Positions 9,924-22,073 of a DNA stretch of 64,000 nucleotides are shown piece after piece. The DNA is from Zygnema circumcarinatum SAG 698-1b (lineage: Eukaryota; Plantae; Zygnematophyceae): positions 2,159,580 through 2,223,579 of the forward strand of contig CM074819.1 in the NCBI GenBank assembly GCA_037447605.1. The letters run 5' to 3'. The notes beneath the pieces were generated by a model. The model was not told where the DNA came from. It did no database searches and saw only the letters and a list, made by a program, of their open reading frames with translations. Positions within the stretch are counted from its first letter, which is position 1. Every line of letters begins with the position of its first letter. The position numbers and the translations under genes are program-made.

Positions 9924-12900
9924 TGGCGAGGAAGGACAAAAAATCTGAAAAATTCATCCCTGCACAGCCGAGTAGAAAAATTAAAAACTAGAGGGCGAGA
10001 GAGGAGGCGCGAGAGAAAGAAAAGAGAGGCGAGAAGGGGGAGGGGGAGAGGGGAGGGGGAGGGTGAGAGGAAGGGACAGGGGGGGGGGGGAGGAAAGGGA
10101 GAGAGGAGGGGGAGGAGGGAGAAATTAAGATAAAAAGGTGAGGATTTACCAGAATTCGCTCGAAGGTTCCGCTGGCAGAGTTCTTCAAAGTCGTCGGCGA
10201 TGTTTCGAATGTCAGCAATGGCCGCCTCCGCCTCTGCGTAGTCTTCTCGCAGCAGCCTCCACTGTGTTGCGAAAAAGAGAGAGACGGAGGGAGAGAGATA
10301 TGGGAGAGGAAGGGGAGGGAGGGGTCACGCGGGACTTATGGAGTGAGAGAGAGAGGCGGGAGAGTGGGGGAGAGAGCAAGAGCGAGAGAGAAACTATTTG
10401 AACAGTGGGTACGAGTAAGACGAGCATGAGATAGCAGATTCTAACCAACTCAAAGGATAAACAGAAACAGGCGAACAAATCGAGGTTAGGGTTTCGTTCG
10501 AACCGTCCAATGAATGTTGCACGCATTCAGCCAATTGTGGTTGATTGAAATTGTGTCTTCCTGCAAATATAGAAACGGAAACAAAAAAAAAAGTAAAAAG
10601 TAAGAAAAAGTAGACAATCGAAGTGGGTAGTCAGAATAGGACGACCAGGTATCAGACCCTCTTCTCCACCTTCTCCAAAAGTTACTATAAAAGTCATACT
10701 CATAACTTATAAGCTCTCTCTCAGTTACTAAAAGTTACTATGTTACTTGACAAAAAGGTATTCATTCAGCATTAGGGCATTGGAGCATTTTGTGATCGAC
10801 CATGTTCATGACTTGATGATACCATCCACTTGGAACAAAAATGACCTCCTTTTCCTCCTGAATACATTCAAGCCATTCAGTCTGCAACCACAAAAAGAAG
10901 AAATAAACAAATAAGGTTCAATGTTTGTAGTAGAATAGGAAAGAAAAGGAAAGGAAAGGAATCAATTACCATAGAGCCGATACCAGCCCACAAACAACGG
11001 TCAACTGAACTGTCTGGAGACATGGAAGGGGCAGTCAGACGCTAAGTTCGTCGTAGTCTATCAATAGCATCACTGAGAGAGAGAGAGAGAAAGAGAAGGG
11101 AGATAAGGGAGGTTCAATTTCTGAAATTCCGTAAAACTAAAAGCAATTTCCTTTTTGCAAACAGTAAGTTTGAGATAATACCTCATGGAAACGCGGGAAC
11201 TGCGAAGATGGAACGGCGCTTTCTATGTTATAGACAGTTCTCTGGGAGTATCTGCAAAGTTCAAATCTTTGCAAAGAATAAATGGATAAAACATGCTCTA
11301 TCAACATCAACAAGCTTCTTTCAACTTTCTTATAGACTCACCTCCATGGCCCGAGCAAAAAATCCTCAAATTCTTAAACAATCGGAACCCTAAGCTCAGC
11401 AAGCACATATAAAGGGAAGGGAGAAAGAGGAGTGCAGGGGAGAAATAATTTCCGCTCCATACAATTTAAGCCTTTTCTTCCTCTTCCCCCGCCCTCTCCC
11501 TTTCCCTCTCCCTCTCCAACCCCCCCCCTCCCTCCCCCATCCTCTTTTAATATTTTAGACGTACTTGTGGAAGAGGAGAGGGGTCTTCTCCGGAGGGAGA
11601 AGAAGCCAACGCTTTCGACCGCATACATTGGCCGACCAACTGAACGACCGTAAAACATCCGCATGTAACGGGGTCCATGTGCCTGCTCCTCCATAAACCT
11701 TCCTTTAGGGAGGGAGGGAGGGAGGGAGGGAGGGAGATACTTCATTACTTGGGTTTCGTAGTTTTAGGTTAAAGATTTGAAATTTTAGCGGCTATTTTGG
11801 TTTCAAGAAATTAGGTTTTCATAGAACTAGGTTCATGATTACATCCTCACACAGTCGATTATGCATTCAATGAAGTTCAAAATTGGGTCACGTAATAATA
11901 TGAAATAAACAAAGATATATCGAGCGAGAGAGAACGAAAACGCAGTGGAATCAAAATTTGGGTGGAAAATTTTGATTTAAAATTAAAATTTGGGTAGAGA
12001 AAATTGATTACCTTTCGGACCCATATACACGAACCGATAGTCCGAACACCCTTCTGATTCGCTATTATTTTTTTCCTCTCCCTCATCGTGATCAGAATAC
12101 TCATTGAGCCAATCTTGAGAGAAGAAAGACGGAGTCGTGTACGCTTTATATTCGGGATATTCCTGAGCAGCATAAAATACCGCTCAAAAGATTAGTCTTA
12201 TGCAATATATGATTACAGTACCACTCAGCTTTGTAAACAGCCGAGAATACGGCCTGATAGAGGGAAAGAATGCAATGGAGAGGGGGAGAGGGGGGGAGAG
12301 AGAGAGAGATATGGGTTGAAGTATACAAGGAGAGAGAGGGGTGGGGGAAAGAGAGAGGTAGAGCGAGAGAGGGGAAAGGGAGGTAGAACACGGGAGGGAA
12401 GACAGAGTAGTAGAGAGTGAGAAGGACGCAGACAGGGCGAAGAGAGAGAGGAACAGGACGTGAAAGGAGGGGAGAGAGAGAGAGTATAGAGAGAGGGGAT
12501 GAAAAGAGGAGTATGGAGAGAGGTGGGGAAGAAAGGTACCTTCACAAAGTGCCAATCCTTCAAGTAGAGAAGTCTGCCATCACGATCATCACTCCCAGTG
12601 GACTGTCTCCATGCATTCAGTTCTTCCCAGTAAACAATAAATTCAGAAACCTTCATAGAAATTCGCTTCTGGTCAGTGAACTCCTGCTCGCCGCAGTCAG
12701 CCACCTGCAATGCAACCCCTGCAAGAAAGTTCAGATAAAAAAATTCAATTAAATGGCTTAATGCAAAAGAAAATTCGCCTCTAATCTCTGGAACTGTTCC
12801 CCCCTGCCCATCCCCTTCATCTCTCTTCACTCTCTTTCGCGCTTTAGTGAAGCGGGGAGGGAGAGAGAGGGAGAGAAAGAGTGAGAGAGAAGGGGGGGAG

Positions 12901-13333
12901 AGCGGGGAGAGAGAGAGGTAGGGGGAGAGAGAGAGGTCGTGGGAGAGAGAGAGGTCGTGGGAGAGAGAGAGGTAGGGGGAGAGAGAGAGGTAGGGGGAGA
13001 GAGAGAGGTAGGGGGGGAGAGAGGTGTAGGGGGAGAGAGGGAGGTAGGGGGAGAGAGAGGCCGAGCACAGGCCTGCACGTGTGAGGCTCCAAATTGCTCC
13101 CTGATGCGCTCCAGCGCTGGCCCGCCCCCTTCTGCCCGCCAGTCCCTCACAGCGCGCCACGTGTCCATCAGCCCCGTCAGCACCACGGGGCGGTTGCCCG
13201 CCATAAAGCGCCGCAGGAACTCCCCCGAAGGCAGGGCGCGCCCGTCGACACGTGGAACGCTCCCAGCCACTCTCAAGGTACAGGCATGGCAGTGGGGAGG
13301 GAGGGGAGGAAGGTCTCGGGCATGTGCATCCAT
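9924..13333 (-). CDS. JMJ20: JmjC-domain 2OG/Fe(II) oxygenase, JMJD4/JMJ20 family (multi-exon, 3' end runs into gap)
   Basis: Spliced exons give NRPVVLTGLMDTW / VADCGEQEFTDQKR..LYLKDWHFVK / EYPEYKAYTTP..SDYRFVYMGPKG / TWTPLHADVLRSFSWSANVCGRKRW / TVYNIE..FPRFHE / WLECIQ..IFVPSGWYHQV / EDTISINHNW / DYAEAEAAIADIR..DDFEELCQRNL / GMNFSDFL. Fe ligands HxD...H are intact. Confidence 0.93.
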
Positions 13334-13526
13334 CCTCTCCCTCTCCCTCTCCCTCCTCTCCCTCTCCCTCTCCCTCCTATCCCTCTCCCTCTCCCTCCTA
13401 TCCCTCTCCCTCTCCCTCTCCCTCTCCCTCTCCCTCTCCCTCACTTTCTCCCTCTCCCTCTCCCTCTCCCTCTCCCTCTCTCTCCGCTCCCTTTCCTCTA
13501 CCACACCCTACACCCTCCACCCTCCA

Positions 13527-13566
13527 CCCTAAACCCTAAATCTTAAACCCTAATTCCTAAACCCTC
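13527..13566. repeat. Degenerate telomere-like (CCCTAAA) / telo-box tract
   Basis: CCCTAAACCCTAAATCTTAAACCCTAATTCCTAAACCCT in the JMJ20/ZCCHC8 divergent spacer. Confidence 0.6.
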
Positions 13567-14030
13567 CAACCCTCGAGTGTGAGCTCGAGTCGAGATCCTC
13601 CAATGCGACGCGCCACGTAGGACGTTTGGTCCGCGTGGCGACTTCCCATTGGAGCACGCTTGCCTTTTAGGAGGAGGATGGCCCTTAGCCCTAACTCCGA
13701 CCTCCCACAACTTTAAGCGAAGAGCCAATCCAGGGGTACCACGTGTGCATACTTGCTGACATGGCAGGATGTGATTAGTCACGTCAGACAGTGCGCTCAA
13801 TGGAGCTCCGTCCTTTACGTCGTCGCCTTCTCTGAGCTGCATCCATGGATGGGCATGGATGCATGCATGCGTCCATGATCTCATACCTTTAATAGCCGAG
13901 CGCTTATCTTTCTTCATCTTAATCTGAAAGCAATTCCATTTTTTTATCCCGGATTCCAACTCTTACATCGTCCTATATTAAAAATCTCGTCGTGAAATTC
14001 GCAACTTTGCTTTCTTCGTCGTTCGCTGAA

Positions 14031-14789
14031 ATGGCAGAAAGCAAATGCTCTCAGAGGAAGCGAAGGGGTGACTTTCAGGGGTTCCCAGACGGCCCAAAAG
14101 TCGAAGTATGCTATGAAAGTCTCTCCAGGTAAAGGAGTAGCAGCGGCCCCCTTCCCTCTCTCCCTATCTATCTCTCTCTCTCCCTCTCTCTAACTTCCCC
14201 CCCCCCTTATCCCTCCCTCTCTCTCTCCCTCTCTTTTTCCCCTCACACACATACTCGTTCTCTCAGACATGAATGCACTTGTTGATGCTTACAGATTAGG
14301 AGGTAGCATTCAAGTGCTTTGGGCTGCGAGACAGCTGTTCCTTGGCATTAAAGACTTACCTTATCTCCTCTCTCTCTCTCTTTCTCTCTCTCTCGCTCTC
14401 TCTCTCTCGCTGTGTCTGGCAGACAGAGCAGGAGAAAGCTTCAGGAGGCGCTGCAAGGCTGGGCCAGCTGGCAGGCTCAGCAGCTCTCTCAAACTGACCC
14501 TTCGGTATTTCTGCAGCTCCCGTTTGTTCTGACTTTGCCAATGTTTATTTAATGGAATATTTTATTCAATGCGCTTCGGCATAGCTCATGTTCTGCCTTA
14601 ATTGTGAGCTTTCCATGATCAGTACATGCGTTAGAGTTCGCGGGGGTAATCACCTTCACGGAAACGTATTGCTGCAACTTCCGCTGCAGGTGCTCTCGTC
14701 GGACATTTTGGAAAATGGAATCGATGTTTTTCGACCATCCCTTCTCAAAATATCTGAACCGGACACTTCTTTGCTGGTGAGGAACATGG

Positions 14790-14827
<38 letters not shown>

Positions 14828-17301
14828 ACCTCACTTCCCCCCCCTCTCTCTCCCCCTTCCTCTTTCATGGGGGCTTGCACGCACACACAGTGTCTGCATC
14901 GCATCACCTATGAGCATTCGTTGAAGACTTAGGAAAGGCAGTGGTTTCTGAGGATATGCTATTTTCGATGGTTCTGCTTCACTACCTGATATTGACTTTG
15001 TCCTGTCAGTGACAGTGGTTTCTTTTTTGCAGCCAGTTTGGGTGGACATTCCTCGCGCAAAGAGGGTACGATCAAATGGCATTGCTCGAGAAAATGGAGA
15101 TGCTCAAGAGAGTCGGACTCTGGAAGATAATCTTAATCTTAATCTTTTCGCTTCTGGACACTTGGAAAATGGAGATGTGAAGGAGGAGACTGTGAACAGC
15201 ACCGTCAAAAGTATCTACACACTTTTCAACAAGAGTTACGAACTGGAAAATGATATTCCTCGTTTCGATCGGTGTATGGAAACTCTGAAGAGCCAACTTG
15301 AGTCTTCTGTAGCACAAGATATTGGAGTCAGGTCAGAAACACTATCATCTATTAACCACTATCAACCACTTATACCCTGAAGAAGGTGATGTTCTCTTCA
15401 GGATACTTTTGGGTTTTCAGAAACGTTGCAGGATGCCGATGATGTCAATATTGATGTTGAATTTGATTTTCCAAAACTGCAGAGTTTCCCATCCTTCAAG
15501 ATGCTTCAACTGTGGGTCGTACAATCATAGCATGAGGGAGTGCTCTCACCCGAGAGATGCGGCAGCCATATCCGCAGCTCGGGACGAGCAGGAGCAGCGG
15601 AGAGGGGGTCCATCGTCCTCCTTTGGGAGATATCATAAGGAGCAAAAAAGCACTGCTCGATTGCTTCACTTTCATGACATACAGAGAGGAAATTTGGAAG
15701 CTCAAACTCGAGAAGCTCTCGGACTACGGGTGCGTTCACATTGATGAATGGTCTATAGAAAGTCTGAGGTTTAATGGATGAAGGGGCCCTTCTTTTACGT
15801 AGTTGCAGTCGTTGTTGGGTGCGATGAGTCAGAATTAGGGTTTGAGAATGCCATGTGGCAGAGAGGTTTTCTAGCAAGTGTAAGTTTTATGAAGGATTGG
15901 AGTGTTGGAAGACTCAGAGATTTTGAAAGGATTGTAGCTGAGATTGACTTTAGGGTGAGAAGGGAGGTCACTAACTTCAAAGGCTCAATGGCAGGAAGCG
16001 GAGCCACCTCCATGGATGGCTCGAATGCGTGAGCTTGGACTTCCTCCTGATTATGTGGAAGCAGGTAAGAGCTGCATGCATGCAGATTATTTCAAGAACT
16101 CAGTTTGTGTGAATGACATTTTCTCTTTAGATTCAATAGATTCATAGAGTTTAACTCTGACCAGAAAGTCTGACGATGATTCCTGCTAGTCGACAGCTTG
16201 TCATCAGAAGCTTGACTCCATGGACAGTTGGCAATGCAGATGAAGATGGAGAAGATTTCATTCAGATCATTGATGATGTTGGGATTGAGAGCGAGAAAGA
16301 TGGAGAGAGAGACGGAGGGACAGATGGAGTGAGAGTGTTTGGAAGAGATGGAGATAGTGAGGAGGGACAGATAGAGCTTTTGGAGGATGGAGAGTTGCCA
16401 GAGTTTAACTTTCAGCACTTAGAAAGCCTAAAGATGGGTCCTTGTCGACAGCTTCCCAACAGATATGTTAAGATTTTGAGCATGAAAGATGGAGAGGGAG
16501 ACAGAGAGACAGATGGTGGGACTGAGGGAGGGAGAGAGGAGGGGGAGATCATAGAGTCGTTGGAGGATGGAGAACTGCCAGAGTTTAATTTTGAGAACTT
16601 AGAAAACCCAAAACTAGTTCCGCTACTTGTCTATAGTTTGCCAGCAGATGGTTAACTCATCGGCCTTTGGCGATGCAGATGAAGATGAAGAAGATTCCAT
16701 TCAAATCGTCGATGATGTTGGGATTGAGAGCACGAAAGATGTGGAGAGAGACGGAGGGACGGATGGAGGGAGAGAGGGAGGGAGGGAGGAAGAGAGAGAG
16801 GAGGGACAGATGGATCCCTTGGAGGATGGAGAATTCCCACCTTCTCCAGAAAGACCCTTACCTCTTGAGAGACTTCCAAGAAGTGATCATGGAATCCTTT
16901 CTCTTCCGAACGATTCGAGCAGAGGACTGCATTCAGGTGGTGTACGGCAACCAGGTTTTTCTGACCAACGAAATTGGACTTGGGATCTTGGAGGAGGAAA
17001 TGCAGCCACATTTTGGCAGAACGGTTGGACTTACAAAGACACAAATTCAATGAACATGGGACTTTCAACGCATTACTCAACAGGTGGTAGTGGAATACGA
17101 GCTCCCTTACCTTCCTCTCAACTCCTACATTCTCCCCCTCTACCTGCAACTCCCCCTCCCCCTCTACCTCTCCAGTCACCTCCGCCTCCTCCTCCCCCTC
17201 CACCTCTAACTCCTTCATCCCCCACTCCCCCTCCCCCTAACCCTAACCCTAGCCCTAACCATACTGAGGAGGACTACTTAGACATGGATCTTTCCCCTTG
17301 A
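14031..17301 (+). CDS. ZCCHC8: ZCCHC8-like zinc-knuckle/PSP protein (NEXT complex subunit family), multi-exon
   Basis: Exons give PKVEVCYESLSR / RKLQEALQGWASWQAQ / SRCFNCGSYNHSMRECSHPRD (CCHC) / LEAQTREALGLR-EAEPPPWMARMRELGLPPDY (PSP domain), plus a Pro-rich C-terminus. Confidence 0.85.
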
Positions 17302-17950
17302 ACTGAGTAGCCGTTTCAGGTTTCTTTAGCCCTTGGAGATTTTTGCTGTTAATAGTATCTGAATCGGTTATTCCCCACGTTTATAATATGTAAGGTGCAA
17401 TTAGTCCTTTATAGGAAGTCGTATGGACAGTTAGATGCAAGGAAAGAGGTGGCAGAAATTTCATTTTCTTTGGTTTGGTCCATCAATTTGTAGCACGGTA
17501 TTGCCAAAATAGGCTTTACAGGTGCGAATAATGTCATCCTTTACATTGACCTTTAGTTTTCTTTTCTTTTTTTGTTTGCTGCCCTAATTCATCACTCTTA
17601 TTCGCCACAGGGAGGGCTCTGCCAACCTGACAACTGAATCAAATGATTTGATAATGTACAACCGTGACCAGTTTTCTTATTTGGAAAAGTAGAAACGCAA
17701 AGTTTCTAGTGGCTTGCCGTCCTTCAAAGACTACTCGGTGCACATCAAAACAAACCTTCCTACAAATGCTGCAACCAAATCTCATAGAAATATACAAAAA
17801 TTGCAAGGAAAACTGTTGGGTCATCAGCAGTAGCTACACGTGCCAAGCGCCATATACAGTCGATAGAAGCTGCTCGAGATGAAACGTGCTCGATCAGAAC
17901 CCGAGGTACAATCTGAACCGTTGATCAGATATCCCTTTTCCCGCAGCCGT

Positions 17951-20900
17951 TCAGAGATCACTTGGAATTTGAAGCCGATCCCAATTCGTAATCATGGGCT
18001 GCAGTTGTGATAATTTGTCATACATTCCGAGCAGCCCGCCGGTGTGAATGAACAGAACTCGGCGTCCCTCCCATTCAGTCGGTGCACGGGCCATGTCTTC
18101 CAACATCCCCTTCAATGCCTTGCCACTGCCAAAAATTCAGAAACAAAAAAACGAAGGGGAGGAAAAATTAACAAGGTAAGAAAAGCAACTAGAATTTCCA
18201 TGGTTTTACTTACACCAATGTTCCGCAAGGTAGGTCGGCAGCTATGGCTTCATTCCCGTTGAAGGCAAAACCCCTTAAACGGTAAGCGAGCTCAAGGCAT
18301 GGCCCAAGCAATTTGACAGTTGAAAATTCAATGCACCAATTCAATAGGGGTTTCAGTTTCAAACTTAGAAAAGTTTCGTACGTTTGTAGTTCATAATCAA
18401 AATGAAAAGTACTTCCTTTAAATAAACTTCATATCCGGTTGTCTTTTGAAGTCTGGAAACCCCTCCTGCAAAGAATCCTTCAGTCCCACTGATGTGATTA
18501 AGTTGTGCCTCTACCCACTCACCTGTACACAGGATCGAGCACAATCCCGGTCGCTGCTGCGATGCTTCGGACAAGCTCCAACTCCTCCGCTGTGCTGATA
18601 GCGTAGCCTGATCCCTTGGCCTGTGAAAGTAGCCAGTTTCATCAGTTTCAGTTTCAGTTTCAGTTTATAAACAGCAGTTTCAGCTATATGAGTACAAAAT
18701 AGAACATGGGCTTGCCCCAAGTCATACTGAAAGAGAGCAACTTTTGATTGCTAGATGCACATCACAGAGTTCATTCAAGCAATTTGAACAAACGTTTATC
18801 TATAGGATTGGACATATAGGTGTCTCTAATCAGTTCTTTGCTGCAGGGAGGGACCTGTACCCTTTCAATTGGTATGACTCTGCAGTAAGTGAACCAGGAC
18901 TTACATTCACCATTGTTAGAATATCTCTTGAAGAAAGACCTGCATGGAAGCCATCTAAAAGGTTCTGCACGTAGTCGTAGAAGTAATCCGGATCATCGCA
19001 CACGCCATATGCATGCACCTGAGGAGATGTAGAAAAGTATTCCAATGAATCAAGTTGAATTGTACGTAACAAGCCCCCCCTCCCCCTCCAGCATGAAAAT
19101 TGAAGGATGTTTCTCCATGAACAATAAATACCTTTGCTTTAATGCTGCTTAGGTGAGATGCAAGAGCCAATCCCGCAGTTGTCCCTCCACTGGCCCACCA
19201 ATGAAAGCCCGCCACTCTCAGAGAGTATCCAAAGTAAGAAATGAGGGCGAAAGAATACATGCAAAGATTTCTATGTATGTTTGCAAAGTAAACCGCAAGT
19301 TAGGGGGGACAGCGGAAGGCCCCACTGATGAGAGTTCCTTTCTATACAGCAGTCACAATTATGTATTTTGTTAAATTTTGTAAGACGTAGCAAGCAACGA
19401 AGTAAAGTAGACTTTGAAAGGCATTTGAATGAGTTGATAGAATGAGATAACCAACCTTCCACATGCCATGACAATGTCGTCAAATCGGAGGGCGCCATCT
19501 GTCTCTCCATTCTGGAACTGCAGCTCCAACTCGCGGATTGCCTCAACATAGCCCCTGGTCCATGTTTACATCCAATAACAAGATAGTATTACTACAGGAG
19601 GGGTGCATATGGTCAAACATGAAACAATGGTCAGGGTGAAAGTCGGTAGAGCGAGAGAGAGGGAAGGAAGGGAGAGAGGGGGGGAGGCAGAGAGGGAGGA
19701 AAGACTTTAAGTGGTTCACATTTTCAAATAGTTGGAGAGGCTTCACCCACCACGAACCCAAGGAGTTTGAACCTCCCACTGGAATGACATATGGTCGTCG
19801 TCCTTCCGCCCTCAGTTTACTTTCCAAGATTTCACCAAGCTTCTGCGACCGCATTGAGAAACAAACTGGTCTAAGCGCCTTTATCTTTGCCTTCGTCATG
19901 TGTTACCCCTTAAACAGCGTTCACACAAGGAGGAATGCAAGCGCGACTTTCACCAGCAAATGCAGCTAACATTGCTGGAAATGCATGCTCTAGTTATTGT
20001 AAGAAGCTGAGATCCGGTTGTGGTAAACACAGGAAGCGGGCGAGAGAAAGCACGTTACCACGCTGCCATGGAGCATATACTCTTCTTTAGAAACTAGGCT
20101 GATGTGTGCTCCCACCATACGTTCTACAAGCAAGTTTCCAACGAGGCCCGGGTCCTGATCCACTAGGGTCTGCCGACAACAGTAGAAACAAACACGACGA
20201 GATTCAGAAACACAGAAGTTTCTCCCTACAAAATACAAGCGATTATCTTCACCTTTCTGCAAGCCTTTATGAGGGAGTGAAAAGTGTGAGGCGGGTGAGG
20301 GAGGGAGTGCGATAGTGAGGGTGGGAGTGGGCGGGTCACGGAGGGAGTGGGAGGGCGAGGGAGGGATGGGAAGAGTGAGGAAGGGAGTGCGAGGGTCAGG
20401 GAAGGAGTGGGAGGGTGAGGGGAAAGACAGTGGGAGAGGGAGCGGGAGGGTGAGGACGAGACTGGACGGGAGACGGTGGGAGAGGAGAGGAATATCTCAC
20501 CTTGTTTGTTCGCAAAATGAGGAAGGTGTCAAGACCAGCATAGCGTGCCGCCACAGCAGTTGCTCTGCAATGATTGCTTTGGATCCCACCGATTGTGATC
20601 ACACAATCCGCCCCCTCCTTTTTGGCGGCTGCCAACAAAAACTCCAACTTGCGGACTTTGTTTCCACTCAGTTGCATTCCTGTTAGGTCATCTCTCTGCA
20701 AGATAGGCCACGATTTGTAATTCTGGAGTCAACCCAGTGAAAGTTAAGTTCAGTATAGCTGCTATTAAAAAAAACACCCACTTTCTTTAAATGGTTTCTC
20801 TATCAAGAAAAAAAGGGGGGGATCCAGATGAAAGCTAGAAAAAACCAGCTCCTACAGATTAACGCAAACATGGCCCACCTTGATGAAGACCTGCGTCCCC

Positions 20901-21520
20901 GCAGGTAAGCCCGGCAGATTCCATCTGTGGATAGGAGTGGGGAACTGCTGACACGAAACGAAAAAAGCATAGGCTTATAAATACTGCATACGAATAAAAA
21001 TTCTGAGTTTGCTGACACGTTTCTGGTTGTAAGGTGTTTTTAGAGTGTCGTTGCCTCCATAAGTTGCTGCGATGATATGCTCACAAAGTGATTGCCGACT
21101 CACATTGCCCAAACAAATAATGTTCTGAGGAACAGGTTCCAATGCGGAGGCCCATTCAGGAGGAGCGTAAGGTCTGACTGAAAGCATTTGTCTCTTGACA
21201 CCTGCAACATCCTGTTCTTTCTGTTGCAGTGCTGCTGTCTTCTCCTCCTTCAAAACAGAGCCTGAGCCTCCCATACTCAGCAAATTTGTGCAAATTAAGG
21301 ACGAACCAGTCCGTGACAGGCTGTTAGAGAACGATTCGCTGAATTTGTCGACGAAGCAGAGGCTCTTGCGAACCAAAGAAGGGCAAAGAAACGAAGAAAA
21401 AGCAGCCTTTTCATTCAGGTAAGCGCAAGGAGGCGTCAATATTCTCTCGTGAGAGGAATCGAGAGAGCGTAATCGAGCAGACTGTTGAATGAGAGCTCCT
21501 TGCAAGACGGAGGCAGCCAT
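17951..21520 (-). CDS. DCD: D-cysteine desulfhydrase (PLP enzyme) with N-terminal organellar transit peptide, multi-exon
   Basis: [71 protein letters not shown]. Ser in DPVYSGK and Thr in HTGG are the D-Cys desulfhydrase residues; true ACC deaminases have Glu and Leu. Confidence 0.93.
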
Positions 21521-21605
21521 GGACTGCAGAGGGAGGCGGGGGCCGACAATGGGAGAGTCAGGGAGGGACTACGGAAACTCCTATTACTGCACAGGAGTTT
21601 ATACC

Positions 21606-21677
21606 GTACTGTGTCGTACAGTTTCATAGGATGCCGTACCGTACGATATTACTAAAAATGTACTTATAAATTCGTAC
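21606..21677. promoter_or_regulatory. Cluster of six GTAC cores (candidate SBP/SPL sites) in the DCD/MED4 divergent promoter
   Basis: GTAC at 21606, 21616, 21636, 21641, 21660, 21674. Confidence 0.45.
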
Positions 21678-22073
21678 GGGACCTTTTTCGAGCATCAAAA
21701 AGAGGCGTTCCGTCGCGTCGCGCGCCTTGCGAGGGTCGGCTGCGAACCCCGCCGGGCCCGTCCTCAGATTAGGGTTTGGCTCGCTGCATGCAGGATGCAC
21801 AGGGGGTATCTCGTGAGGAAGGAGAAACAAATGGGTGAAGAAGATAGTGGAAGATGATGGGAGTGATTGCGAGTTGAATATGGGAGAGATTTAAGAGTTT
21901 GTAGAGAGCCGGGATGGACCAATGAAAGGTAGGATGGGGGAGAAAGGATAAGACGAGGCGTGGGAGACGGTGGGACGTCAAAGAACGAAAGACGCGGCTG
22001 CATTTCAGTCTTTTTCTTATCCTCCTTCTGAGCAAAGTCATCCCCTATTGAAGACTCGCTTCTACCATCTCCC

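Noticed and set aside
17951-21520. ACC deaminase annotation or bacterial HGT
   Set aside because: Active-site Ser/Thr, many spliceosomal introns and a transit peptide indicate the ordinary plant D-cysteine desulfhydrase.
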